Positions 25,001 through 36,042 of a DNA stretch of 64,000 nucleotides are shown here, in pieces (the first letter of the stretch is position 1; each line of letters starts with the position of its first letter). The notes under the pieces were generated by a model that was given only the letters and a program-made list of their open reading frames with translations, had not been told where the DNA came from and did not search any database. The position numbers were made by a program, and so were the translations under genes. Source of the stretch: Epithemia pelagica (Eukaryota; Protista; Bacillariophyta); contig OX337236.1 in assembly GCA_946965045.2 (NCBI GenBank), forward strand, positions 62,001 to 126,000, in the 5' to 3' direction.

Positions 25001-25637
25001 CGCGGGAGGCCAAATCGGTGGAACGCGCCTTGGACGACTATGCGCGGTTGCCCCCTCCGCATCTACGGCGGCGACGACGACCACGGGATCATCCCCTTTT
25101 GAGCAAACTCAAGCGTCGTTTGACGTCGAATGAAAGCATTGAGTTTAAAGATGGATCCAGTACCGCCACCAAGTCAGCCTTCGCCTCCGGGACACTGTTT
25201 CAACGAAAAAAGCAAAGTGCGGCGACAACATCGACTGGAGGAGGAGGCGAACACAAACAGTCCGTCGCATCGTCCGCCGCTTCGGGCGGCAAAAAGTCCT
25301 GGTCTCATGCTTTTGACGATCAGGGAAAAGAATGGAAACCGGATCTCAGCGAGGCTACCGTCAGCTTTAGTATGTTTGTCCAGGCACTCAAAAAGGCTTG
25401 TGGTGCCAAGGCTCAAGTGGCCACGGAATTTCGCAGTTCCGTCATTATTTCCCGAAGTGTACGTATATGCATGTCGTGATCGGTGCCGTGAATGGAACGA
25501 GGTGACAATTCGACTACTCTGCAGTCACATAATACTCATTTCCGTTTATTATTATTGTTGTTGTTTGTTTCACACAGAGACGGGTGGGCCTGGATACCAC
25601 CATGGAGGGGGATGGATATTCCGAATATCTGCATTAA
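22096..25637 (+). CDS. Sterol 3-beta-glucosyltransferase-like GT1/GT28 protein (exons 22096-22786, 23013-24130, 24334-24794, 24963-25458, 25578-25637; about 941 aa)
   Basis: [16 protein letters not shown]...[29 protein letters not shown] and [39 protein letters not shown]. Four GT..AG introns restore one frame (2826 nt). Confidence 0.88.
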
Positions 25638-26360
25638 TATTAGAGAAATGTTGGTGGAGTGACCGATCCTGGCGTGTCTAGGACAATCGGTTTCCTTGCG
25701 ATCGCAAGCAAGCGAGAGAGTTGGATGGACTCATTCACCAGAAGGTCAAAAGACTCTATAGGAGGAAACCTTTGATAAATAGTGTGCTGTTTGTTATTCG
25801 ATAGGGACTATAATAGTACCCTAGAAATATATGCTTTGAATAGGATTTTTGTGGTGCCAGCGGATCGATTCGAATGGTTCGACTACCAGGAAAGGATACT
25901 ATAAACTATCGTCAAGGAGTGTATTATAGTAGGTGGATTGAGTTTTGGAGGGTTGTGGGTTGTGGATCGGTTGGGATTGTCTCCACTTCTCTGTTTTGTG
26001 TTTCTTCTGGACTGGAGTGACGACCCCTGCAGGACAGAAGCATCCTCTTTTCTGTCCAATCAACCCCAACAATCAATCAGAAAAGCAAAAAAGCCCTACA
26101 GAAGAACCACCCTTTGGGGTCTTGCTGCTGGGAGCTCCAAAAACCCAAGTATGTTCGCTACGACACGACTCCAACACAAGAAAAAGTCATCAGGAGTGAG
26201 TGATTCAAAGTAACGACTCCTTTGTTCTTCCCTCCATTTGGAAATACACCAAGTGCGGCATTCTCATGTCGGCATCTTGCTATAGGTTTACAGCCATCAA
26301 ACAAAAGAAGGGAGAACAATATGAGTACTACTACAAAATACTCGTGTCGTCGTCGATTCC

Positions 26361-28571
26361 TTAATATCGCCGCAGTCCACAGGCGCGTGTGTTACTCTTT
26401 TTCTTTTTGCCTCGTCGTTCGCGTCCCTTGGCGGCATTGGGATTTTGTCGACCAAATCCCACTTGCAACACGTCCTGGTCTCGAATAGAATTGACATGAC
26501 ATCCAACTGCCGAGGCAATGTCTCGTCCAAACAAGGATTCCGATGCAGCCTTGGCCTTGCCGCCGCGACTCATTTTGGCCTTTTGTCCCCACGTGCCCGT
26601 CAACAATTGATCTTGCCGCAATAACAAGTCGCCTTGAAATCGATTGCCACTGCCGGGTTTGGGCAAGGAAAATTTGGTGCCGCGCAAATTGTGTTGATAA
26701 TTTTGTTTGAGATGCAATCGCAACTGACCCGTCTTGGCATTGACACTGCAAGCAACTCGTTGAATCATGTCACTTCCACACTTGTCGCAAAACAAGCGCT
26801 GGTCCGACGGTCCATCGTAGTCGTCGTGATTGGTGTAGACCTTGAAACAGGCCCCACATCGACGCACCCAGGATTTGACGCGGGGAATTTTCAGGCCATG
26901 GACCGAAACGAGCTCCAAATTCATTTGCAACAAGACATTCTGCATGGCAAAATCTGTCGTGGCACAGGCAGCCCGTTGCGAAATGGGTGGACCTTGCAGA
27001 GCGGTGGACTGCTTCTTGTTCTTTTTGTTGGTAACAAGATGGAAGCTTCCACTGGCCTTGAGCGATTCAATGTCGGAGGTACTGGTAATCCAGCCTTGAC
27101 CATCGTCGTCCTCGACCATGTCCTCTTGACCCGCCAAGGACATGCCACCTATAATGCGAGACTGCGTCGGGTTGGGGGCGGGCCTGCTGTTGTTGTTGTG
27201 GGAGGTTGCTTCCGCCAATGAATCGGACCCGGTCGTCGTGTCGGGACTGGCATTGTTTGATGTTGTGCTCGACTGGACGACTCGTTTGGTATGGACCGGC
27301 ACGGAACTGGGATAGAGTTTGCCCGATTTGGAGATTGGTTGCAAGGCTTGGCGTTTGCGTTCGTCTGGATTCAAGGATTTGTTGTCATCCTGCTGATTGT
27401 CATTGTCGTCTTCATTGTAGGGAACTGTAGCGGCCGCGGACAAGCTCGGAAAGTCGAGTTGCAATTCTTCTTGAACGGAGCGTGTCTTGGATTCGCAAGC
27501 ATTAGTCTTTGGGGTGGTGGCCGAATCCTCCACCATTGTGGAGCGGTCCGGATGGGCCTTGATGACTGGTTCATCATTCGCCCCTTCTGGTTCGTCCGCA
27601 TCGTCAAATTGATCTTGTCCCACCGGTACAGGTGCCTGGTGATGGTTGTTGTTGTTGTTGTTGTTGTGGGTGTTTGTGGTCGTAGAAGAAATGGTGGTTT
27701 GTACCGTTGGTGGTTGACATGTGGGATCCAAGAGTGCCGCCCAACATGAGGGTTTGGATGGAGCCGTGGTGGGCTTTGTTAGGTTAAGCGGGCTGGGTTG
27801 GACAGTCGTGTTAGTTTCCAGAGCATCCGTCGTCTCAGGGTCATGACTTTCGTCGTCGTCCCCATTGCTTGTTTCGTCGTCGTCATGCTGTTCCGCCTCG
27901 TCTTGTGGTGGTAGTTCTTCTTGTTGTTCTTTTTGTTGGGTTCCACCATTCTTTTTTGTTATCGTAGAAGGAACATCATGGTTCTTCGTGTTGATCTCCT
28001 CCGACCGTGTCGTAGATTTGCCATTCCCACCACTACTACTGACCATGCGGGGCGGTTGGGTGCGCAAATGCGACACGTCTCCGTGACATTCGTCGAGTTC
28101 GTGTTGATAGGTCAAGGCCAAGACTTGCAAATCGACGCGCGACAAACTATCGTAATCGCCCGTACGACGACAAAAGTCGGCCATAACGGCCAGGCATTCA
28201 GGACGCGGCGTTTGGATCGCCACATCAAAGGGCAATTCGTGTTGGACAAAGTGTCGGGCTCGAGCGTCGCGAATCTCTTCCACGACACCGGGCACGGTAC
28301 AAAACGATTGCGCACGCTTCCACAAGGCGGAGGCATTGGTCAATTTGATCAAGGGACCGGCATCCAAAACCAACCAACGATACTTTTCTTCTTGTTCTTC
28401 TTGTGGTTGTGGTGGTGCTGGTTCGTCCGTGTCGTTTTCTTGTTGGATTTTTGGTGGTGGTGATGGTGCATCGTTGGAAACCTTTGGATCAGTTTCACTC
28501 TCCAGATGATGATGGTCATTCTCCTCTGGTGGAAGAGATGGTGAACGCGGAACGACCGTCGCCGTCGCCAT
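26361..28571 (-). CDS. NOB1: NOB1 pre-rRNA site-D endonuclease (PIN domain + zinc ribbon), 736 aa
   Basis: LVLDAGPLI, VVEEIRD, TGDYDSLSRVDLQVLALTY and TTDFAMQNVLLQMNL; zinc ribbon RCGACF...FCDKCGS. Confidence 0.93.
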   Translation of the reverse strand: MATATVVPRSPSLPPEENDHHHLESETDPKVSNDAPSPPPKIQQENDTDEPAPPQPQEEQEEKYRWLVLDAGPLIKLTNASALWKRAQSFCTVPGVVEEIRDARARHFVQHELPFDVAIQTPRPECLAVMADFCRRTGDYDSLSRVDLQVLALTYQHELDECHGDVSHLRTQPPRMVSSSGGNGKSTTRSEEINTKNHDVPSTITKKNGGTQQKEQQEELPPQDEAEQHDDDETSNGDDDESHDPETTDALETNTTVQPSPLNLTKPTTAPSKPSCWAALLDPTCQPPTVQTTISSTTTNTHNNNNNNNHHQAPVPVGQDQFDDADEPEGANDEPVIKAHPDRSTMVEDSATTPKTNACESKTRSVQEELQLDFPSLSAAATVPYNEDDNDNQQDDNKSLNPDERKRQALQPISKSGKLYPSSVPVHTKRVVQSSTTSNNASPDTTTGSDSLAEATSHNNNSRPAPNPTQSRIIGGMSLAGQEDMVEDDDGQGWITSTSDIESLKASGSFHLVTNKKNKKQSTALQGPPISQRAACATTDFAMQNVLLQMNLELVSVHGLKIPRVKSWVRRCGACFKVYTNHDDYDGPSDQRLFCDKCGSDMIQRVACSVNAKTGQLRLHLKQNYQHNLRGTKFSLPKPGSGNRFQGDLLLRQDQLLTGTWGQKAKMSRGGKAKAASESLFGRDIASAVGCHVNSIRDQDVLQVGFGRQNPNAAKGRERRGKKKKSNTRACGLRRY

Positions 28572-29172
28572 GGTGTGTATTATATATTATGTTGGCAAAA
28601 AACGTGTTGGATGAGTGGAGATGGTCGATTTACGCTCATAACTCATAACCTATTGTGGCCCCTCAATACTATGAATGCTACCCAGGATGCGGATGCTTGA
28701 GCACATAGGAGTAGGTTTTGTCTGTTGTCCGCTGTGCTGTCCGCTGTCTGCTGCGCGGACAGCTCCGAACACACTCTTGTCCGTTTTCTCTCTGTTGTCG
28801 TCGTCTCTCTCGCCGTCATTGATCAATATAGAGGTGCTGAAAGAGTTCGATCGAAGACCTGCAACTCCCTTCGTTCGTTTGGGTTTGGAGAGAGAGAGAG
28901 AGAGAGAGAGCATGTCTCAACCACCACTGGAATAGTTTTGCCAAGCTCAAGAACGAAAAACATCGTTCCACTATATAGTATTCGACCTCGAAGAGAAAGT
29001 GAGGGCAATCATCACAGAAGAATGAAGAAGAAGTAACCTCAAACAACACCACGCCCATCATCTATACAAGGAGGAGAGGAGAGAGGAGGAACCGCAGCCA
29101 TTACGACAACCCCAAGACTCTCACCCATACACACACACACACACAAACGTATCTCGTTCCGAATACTACAGT

Positions 29173-29541
29173 ATGGGCGTCAAGGGCTTGTGGCGATTGT
29201 TGTTACCGATTGGTCGTCGGATTAGTTTGGAAACCTTGGAGGGACAGATTTTGGCCGTCGATGCCAGTATTTGGATGACGCAATTTCTCAAGGCCATGCG
29301 CGATTCGACCACCGGTAAGGTGGCCCCCGCGGCGCATTTGCAAGGCTTGTTGCGACGCTTGTGTCGCTTGCACTTTTATGGCATTCGTGCCGTCTTGGTC
29401 TTGGATGGACCAACGCCGGCTTTGAAATTGCGCGAATTGAACGATCGACGGAAACGACGCGACGATTGGTTTGCCCAACAGGATCAAGCCGCCTTGCAAC
29501 GCTTGGCCAAGCGATTGTTGGCCGAACAATTGCAAAAACAC

Positions 29542-29615
<74 letters not shown>

Positions 29616-32600
29616 CAAGAACAGCGCATCCAACAAGGAGAGGACTACTACCACGAATACTTCTCCGACCAGCAATGGTCCGAGCGCGGCCTTTGCCGAA
29701 GGCTTTGATCCGGGTGGCAGTCATTCTCATCATGATAATGATGTCAGTGGTGTCAATGGAGTTGAATCCACCACCAGGTCCACAGGAAAGAGTGATTCTC
29801 GTACCTCGACCACAACATCACCATCACCTGAACAACAACCAGAACAACCACCACAGACATCGGCCGAGGATGAAGCTGCTATTTTGGCGGCCATTCAAGA
29901 GGATTTGGTGGTGGAACAAAACACGCAAGAGATTCAACAACGAGAACGAAATGATTTTGATGCTCCCTTTGATGGTGGGAGCAGCTGTGAATCCGAGGAG
30001 GAACCAACAAAACAACGTACACGCCAACAGCAACAACAACAACATGGGACAACCCATTCCAATCCTCCCATGGGTGCCCCAAAGAACCGCCGTCGCCGTC
30101 AGAACCGTGGCCGTCGGGGCAAGAAAACCTTTACCGAGTACGGGTTGGAGGTGGAAGAAGATGTCAGTCGCATTTCGTCCTTGCCCCATACCGATCGCAA
30201 AGATGCCATTGAACAGGTGAAACGACAGCAACGGTTGCAATCGCGTCAAGAATACATGCCGGCCGCCGCCAGTCCGGATCAATTTTCCCTCGTCCAACTG
30301 CAAAACTTTTTGAAATCCTCTCAGTTCAATTTGGACATTGCTCGCATGGCCACCATGGCGGCCGCATCCAACAACACTGGATCATCCATGGATCCACAGT
30401 CTCAGGGCAAACCCGAACAAGCACCACATTCCATAGGATTGTCACCCATCAATCACGGAACAGGCCACTCGGGTCTCATGGCATCCGATCGAACCGTCCA
30501 CATTTCACTCATTCGAGAGGCCGACGAAGGAACTAACAACAGCAGCAACAACGCACATTCTATCCGTGGACGAGGAGGAGCCACAAGCAGGACGACCAGT
30601 CGAAATAATCCACAGTCCCTTCTTCATCAAGCATCCAAGAACGACAGCAATATCTCTCCTCCTCACACAAAGCAGGAAAGCAAATCCATGGCCAAGGACC
30701 AAGACAGCAGCAGCAGTACGAGCGACGAAGAAGTGGAGTGGCAAGACGTGCCAGAGGATTCAAGCCATGCTCCACCCGAGAATGGTAATAATGGGCTTGC
30801 GATTCCACCCAAGAAAGCTACCAATACCAACTCCCGAACTCATCGGTCAAGCCCTGATGATGATGAGGAGGAGGAGGAAGAGGAGGTCACAGCGAATAAT
30901 ACTGTTCGTATTCCTTCCCGCCACCCCACAGTGCTGGAAATCCAAGACGATGACGACAGCAGTCACGGATCATCGAATAATCGCCACAATGTCGGTGGAT
31001 ATTTGTTTGGTCCTCATCCGGATCACCGAAACGAACAAGAACGACAAGACCATGCATTGGCCAAAGCACTGCAAGAAATGGAAGATTCCAACGCCGCACA
31101 ACAACAACAATTGGCACAAGACAATGCCTCCATCGACCCGAACGAGAAGAAGGAATCCATGAACGAAACTGCCATGGGTGCCAATTCCATGCAACTCCTC
31201 AAGTCCGACAAGGATTCAAGGAACGGCAAAGACGACGACGACGACGATCGAAAACCAGCGGCAAAGCCGGACATTGTCACTGTGGAGGACTCCTCCAATA
31301 GTGAAGACGACTCGAACATTGATTGGCAAGATGGTGATGCCAAGGGCCCAGCAGAAGAGAACGAAACGGAAAGTATTGATTGGCAAGATGGTGATGCCAA
31401 GGTCCCACCAGAGAACGAGACAAAAGACACTTTGATAGCGACGCATCCAACCACCAATGACGAAACAAGGGCCATGAAGAAAGCCGTTGATACAAGTGCA
31501 CCACAGTTGTTGGAGCTGACCGACTCTACGAGTAGACCGGTTGAAGACAGTGCTCTCAGTGGAAACAAGGACTTAGCACCTTCTCGTGAGCTTTTTAATT
31601 CCGAGTCCACTGGAGTGTCATCGCAGTCTAGCTTGGGATTATCGCAAGTAGTGCATCGTCCCGAAAGTCCCAGCAGCCCAGTCCTCGAAAACGATTTTGG
31701 GGATCCTGATGTCAACGTGTTTGGTGGACAAGGTGAAAACGGCGGCGGCGAGTCAGGTGGCGGAACCTCTCCCGAGGAAAAGGAACGACAATCGCTAGAG
31801 AGACAGGCTGTGTTACAACGTGCTCAGGCAACGGCTTCTAGTTTGGCCGATTGGGCAGGCCGTGCCTTTCGCCGTGCTGTCAAAGAAATTGGTGTCTCGG
31901 AAGGGGACACCGAGCTACAATCCAAGCGGGACGAACCGGCAGATATGGCCAATGACGTGGGAGCAATGGAGCTGGATGGTGCAGAGTCGGAAGACGATCC
32001 TATCGAAGTTCTCTATACGAAAAGTCCCCCCAAAGCTCCTCCACAGACAAAGAAATCGAACGAGCCTCCCAAGGATTCCCGTTCGAACGCAACTCGCACG
32101 TCAAGAGATGACCGATACGGATTTCTTGACGACTTTACGAGCACGTACAAAACGGAACTGTCGGATGACCTTCTTCGACAATGGGAATCTGAACGTATTC
32201 AACGAGAGCAGGATGCCGATACTGTGACGGATGAGATGAAGCAGGAAGTGATGCAACTCCTTCGTTTATTCGGTGTGCCCTATATTGAAGCTCCAGCAGA
32301 AGCCGAGGCACAATGCGCAGCCTTGGAAGCGCTTGGCCTTGTCGATGGAATTGTGACGGAAGATAGTGATGTGTTTGTGTTTGGTGGAAAGAAGGTGTAC
32401 AAAAATGTATTCGAGGAGAAGCATTATGCGGAAGCGTACATGGCCAATGACGCGAAAAAAGAAATGGACTTGAACAGAAACGGATTGGTAGCGTTGGCAT
32501 TGTTACTTGGCTCAGACTACACGTAAGTTGACTTTCGATGTCGTTTTGCTATCCGTGGTTGAAATTTCTCTGACTCCATATCTCGTACCATTCTCATTGG

Positions 32601-33225
32601 ATAATGTTGCCATCAGCCGTGGAGTGTAAGTTCTTTCATTATTCGATCGTTTCCAAATCGTCTTATCCTTTCTCACCGTTTGTATGAATGGAACAGCCGT
32701 GGAGTGGGGATTGTGAATGCAATGGAAGTGCTACAGGCATTTGACGTGTCGTCGGACCTCAAAAAAGGGTTGTCCCTGTTTGCGTCATGGATGGAAGGAT
32801 TCGGTATTCATGATAAGAGAATGGCCATGGGAGATGCAGCTCAAGAATTCCACGAAAAGCATCAAAGCGCAAGAACCCGGTGGACCATGCCACCCAATTT
32901 CCCTGCTGATAATGTGATACAGGCGTATATGAACCCCGTAGTAGACAAGTCTAACGAACGTTTCACCTGGGGAGTGCCGAATGTCGAAGGCCTGGTAGTC
33001 TTTTGCGCAAAACACATTGGGTGGCCCCCCGAGGAAACTCGGAATCTTCTGGCACCTGTCATAGCCAAGAGCGGAACGAGATACAGGCAAACAAGAATTG
33101 ACTCATTCATGAAATATGAGGATGGTATCAAGTTTGCCAATGTTCGATCAAAGCGATTGAGAGCTGTTCTTGAGACCGGAAACAAGGACAAGAAGAAGAC
33201 ACAGAAAAGAACAAAGAATACGTGA
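29173..33225 (+). CDS. ERCC5: XPG/RAD2 structure-specific endonuclease (exons 29173-32522, 32617-32625, 32697-33225; about 1295 aa)
   Basis: MGVKGLW and LAVDASIW (XPG-N); APAEAEAQCA and TEDSDVFVFGG (XPG-I); LLGSDYT..GV.GVGIVNA (H3TH, rebuilt with the micro-exon); C-terminal PIP box QTRIDSF. Confidence 0.93.
29545..29613 (+). repeat. Pure (CAA)23 tract encoding polyQ inside XPG
   Basis: Direct count: 69 nt of uninterrupted CAA. Confidence 0.95.
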
Positions 33226-33370
33226 CTGTCCAACTGGCGATGTAGCCACAAGCACTGAGACATCCCATAGTTACGACCCGATGGAGTTGACGGATTCAAT
33301 GATATGACGAAGCGACTCTGGAAATAGCCTTGGTGTATAATCAACATGCCGAACATGGTATACCTCATGG

Positions 33371-35826
33371 TCACACAGTAGCCGACATGGTTGCTGCGAC
33401 AACCTCCTCGGCAGCAGCGGTTTGCTCTTCTGTTGGAGGTACAACCGCGTCGACGGTCGTGGATGATCCAACAGGAGATGCTGCAATCGCTGGGGTAGAT
33501 TCCTCTTCTGGACCATGGCCGAGTTTCTCTTTGCCCACGAGAACAACAGATGCTGCGCTATTTGTGTCAGTACTAGTTGGCATCTTTGCTTTACGCTCTT
33601 CGTCCGTTGGTTCTAGAAAGATTTCGGGGTGCTGCAATGATAAGAAGATCCATGTGAGCCCTGTTGTTCCTAGAAGGAATCCTTTTCTAATGCGTTCTAC
33701 TCACATCTTTGATTTTCCAATCTCCGTACTTTACCCAGTCAAAACCGCGTGCTGTATAGAAAAGAAAGAGTATGGCGATGTGAGACAAGCAATGAGATTC
33801 AATGAATTGACAGACTTGGGATCGTAGGTGTGACGTACCTTCTGCTCGAGCGTGCTACTCAAACCAAATCGATGCGTTTCATATGAGACATGATTGAACA
33901 CAAATGACGAACAGCACCGACACACAAACTCACCATGCGGCTATACTTTTCCCGCACTTTCACATGAATCCCAAGTTCGTTCGAGACTGTGATCCAATTC
34001 ACTTTTTGGTTATGTTCGCGCGCAATCTGCAATACACGATGATAAGATGAGTGCACTATCCTCGGCCCGATATCAAAGATAGATGGATATGCTTACCGCA
34101 TTGTACTTAGCCCAGAGATTCTTCGCATGAGTGCATATCTGGAACAGAAAAGACCGATACTCAAAACCGTGAGTTGACGTAATCAACGACAATGTCTAAA
34201 TCTATCATTCCTCGTACCGTGTGTAGATCAGACGCGGTCGAGACGACAATGGCGGATCTCGCTTTCTTTTTCGAGTCGTCTGGATTGCACAGAAAAAGAA
34301 ACCACGCGGTATGTAAGAGAAAACCACAACTCGAACCGAACTGGGCCATACAAAGTATGCAAACACGAGTGTCCCTCTGATACGTACGTTGTTGTGGTTG
34401 TTCATCTTCCTGTTTGATTTGGATTCCTTGTCCAGCCGACGGCGATGTCATGGTCGAGGCCGCAACTACCTTGGCCGCCGCCGCGGCTCCACGGGTAATC
34501 TCGATTGGCACGCGATTGGATGCGACCAGGTCCGCCGCACGCCGCAAGGCTGCTTCTTTTTGTTCCTTGACTTGGATCTCACGTTCTCGCCGCAATTCCT
34601 CTCGTTTGCGTTTGCGTTCTTGGCGTGTCGCTTCCCGCGCGGTGCGTTCTTGGGCTTTTCGTACGGCATGGGCTTCCCGTTCTCGAGCCTTTTGCTCTTT
34701 CCGTTCCTGCACCGCACGACGTTGCTCTCGTTTCATACTAGATCTCCGTTCCATCTCCATGGCCTTTTCCGTCTCCTTGGCTATTCGCTGAGCTTTCCCG
34801 CCGTCTCCTCCCGAAGTCTTTTTCGACGAGCCAAGTCTGGCTAGCTCTGGCAGAGCGGTAGCATCGGACGCGGTAGGATGGTCCAGGTACGGTGAAGGAT
34901 CTCCCAAGGGACCAGGATCTGTTCCTGCATACTCACCGCCAAACAAGGGATCTTCGTCCAGAACAAAGTTTCGTATGTTGTAGAGGGAGCAAAATCGCTC
35001 AATTTGAGCAATAATATAGGCCTTGTCAAATTCGTCTTCTACACCCAGTATCCTCCAAAAGTCCAATTGTGTGGAACAGGTTGTATCCCCAAGACCCATC
35101 TCTTTCATGGCAGAGGGTAAGGACAAGGAAGGAATGGATAGACGGCAGAGCAACTGGGACGAGAGCATTCCGTTGAGATAGGGCTTGTAATCCATGAATT
35201 TGGTATCGGTCGAATCCACCAAGTCTTCGTTCTTGTCGGCCCATTTCTTGCACAAGAGCCGTAACCATTCGGATGGCAGCTTGCAGGCTTTCCGCATCTA
35301 TTGTAGTCAAGTAATAGGTGGATACAAGGAATAGACGAGAGAGGACATGATCAGAACGAGTTTCCTTTGAGACTAGGAGCAACAACATAAACTCGGAGGG
35401 AATAGGTAGGAGAGCGGGAACACATAGCACGACACAAACTCCGTAACCCGGATTTTCAATGATTCTTCCATGACATGGAATCACCCACCGCCAACGAGCA
35501 TGTGGTGGCGAATGTCGTAGAAAATGAACGTAGAATAAGTACTGGAGCCAAGGAATCTCCCCCGACCATCCAGCAGCAACCGAACACGAAGAGAGACAAT
35601 GAAAAGTTCCCTTTGGGCAAGGTTCCAATGGAAAACTTACCTCGACTCGTTCCGCCTTGGATGGATCATGATCCAAAAATTCGAGGACCACCATACTACT
35701 GTGATCCTCCACTTCTTCCTCTTCTTCTTCGACATCTTCATCCTCCTCATCCTCGTAGCAATGGTGAACGTCGTGCTCTTCCGCCATGGCGCTGCTTTTG
35801 ATCTCGTTCACAAATGAGGACGCCAT
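33371..35826 (-). CDS. Uncharacterised multi-exon protein with coiled coil and a possible Myb/SANT-like helical domain (exons 35826-35641, 35541-35485 tentative, 35297-34388, 34279-34218, 34138-34097, 34026-33934, 33854-33839, 33751-33705, 33631-33371; about 557 aa)
   Basis: Canonical GT..AG introns with compatible phases give a continuous segment DLHT|ICTHAKNLWAKYNA|IAREHNQKVNWITVSNELGIHVKVREKYSRM|HARAEA|RGFDWVKYGDWKIKD|HPEIF. The 5' exon structure is less certain. Confidence 0.7.
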
Positions 35827-36042
35827 TTTAGACTAACCCCAACCCTATCGGTCTTGGTGGGGTAAGCATTCAAAATTTAGGAGTAGATACATAGCTTGCA
35901 GGATACTCCTAGTTTCGAATCTCCATCGACGTTCCTACCTAGTAGATACACTTTGCGATTCTGTCTATTGAATTCCTTTGTAAACGAAACGAACGAATGA
36001 TAGACTAGACCTCTAGAATAGGTGGTGCCTTCAACACATACA

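Noticed and set aside
25861-25890. GGTTCGA T-loop-like strings (also near 54725 and 58697)
   Set aside because: No cloverleaf stems or A-box around them, so not tRNA genes.
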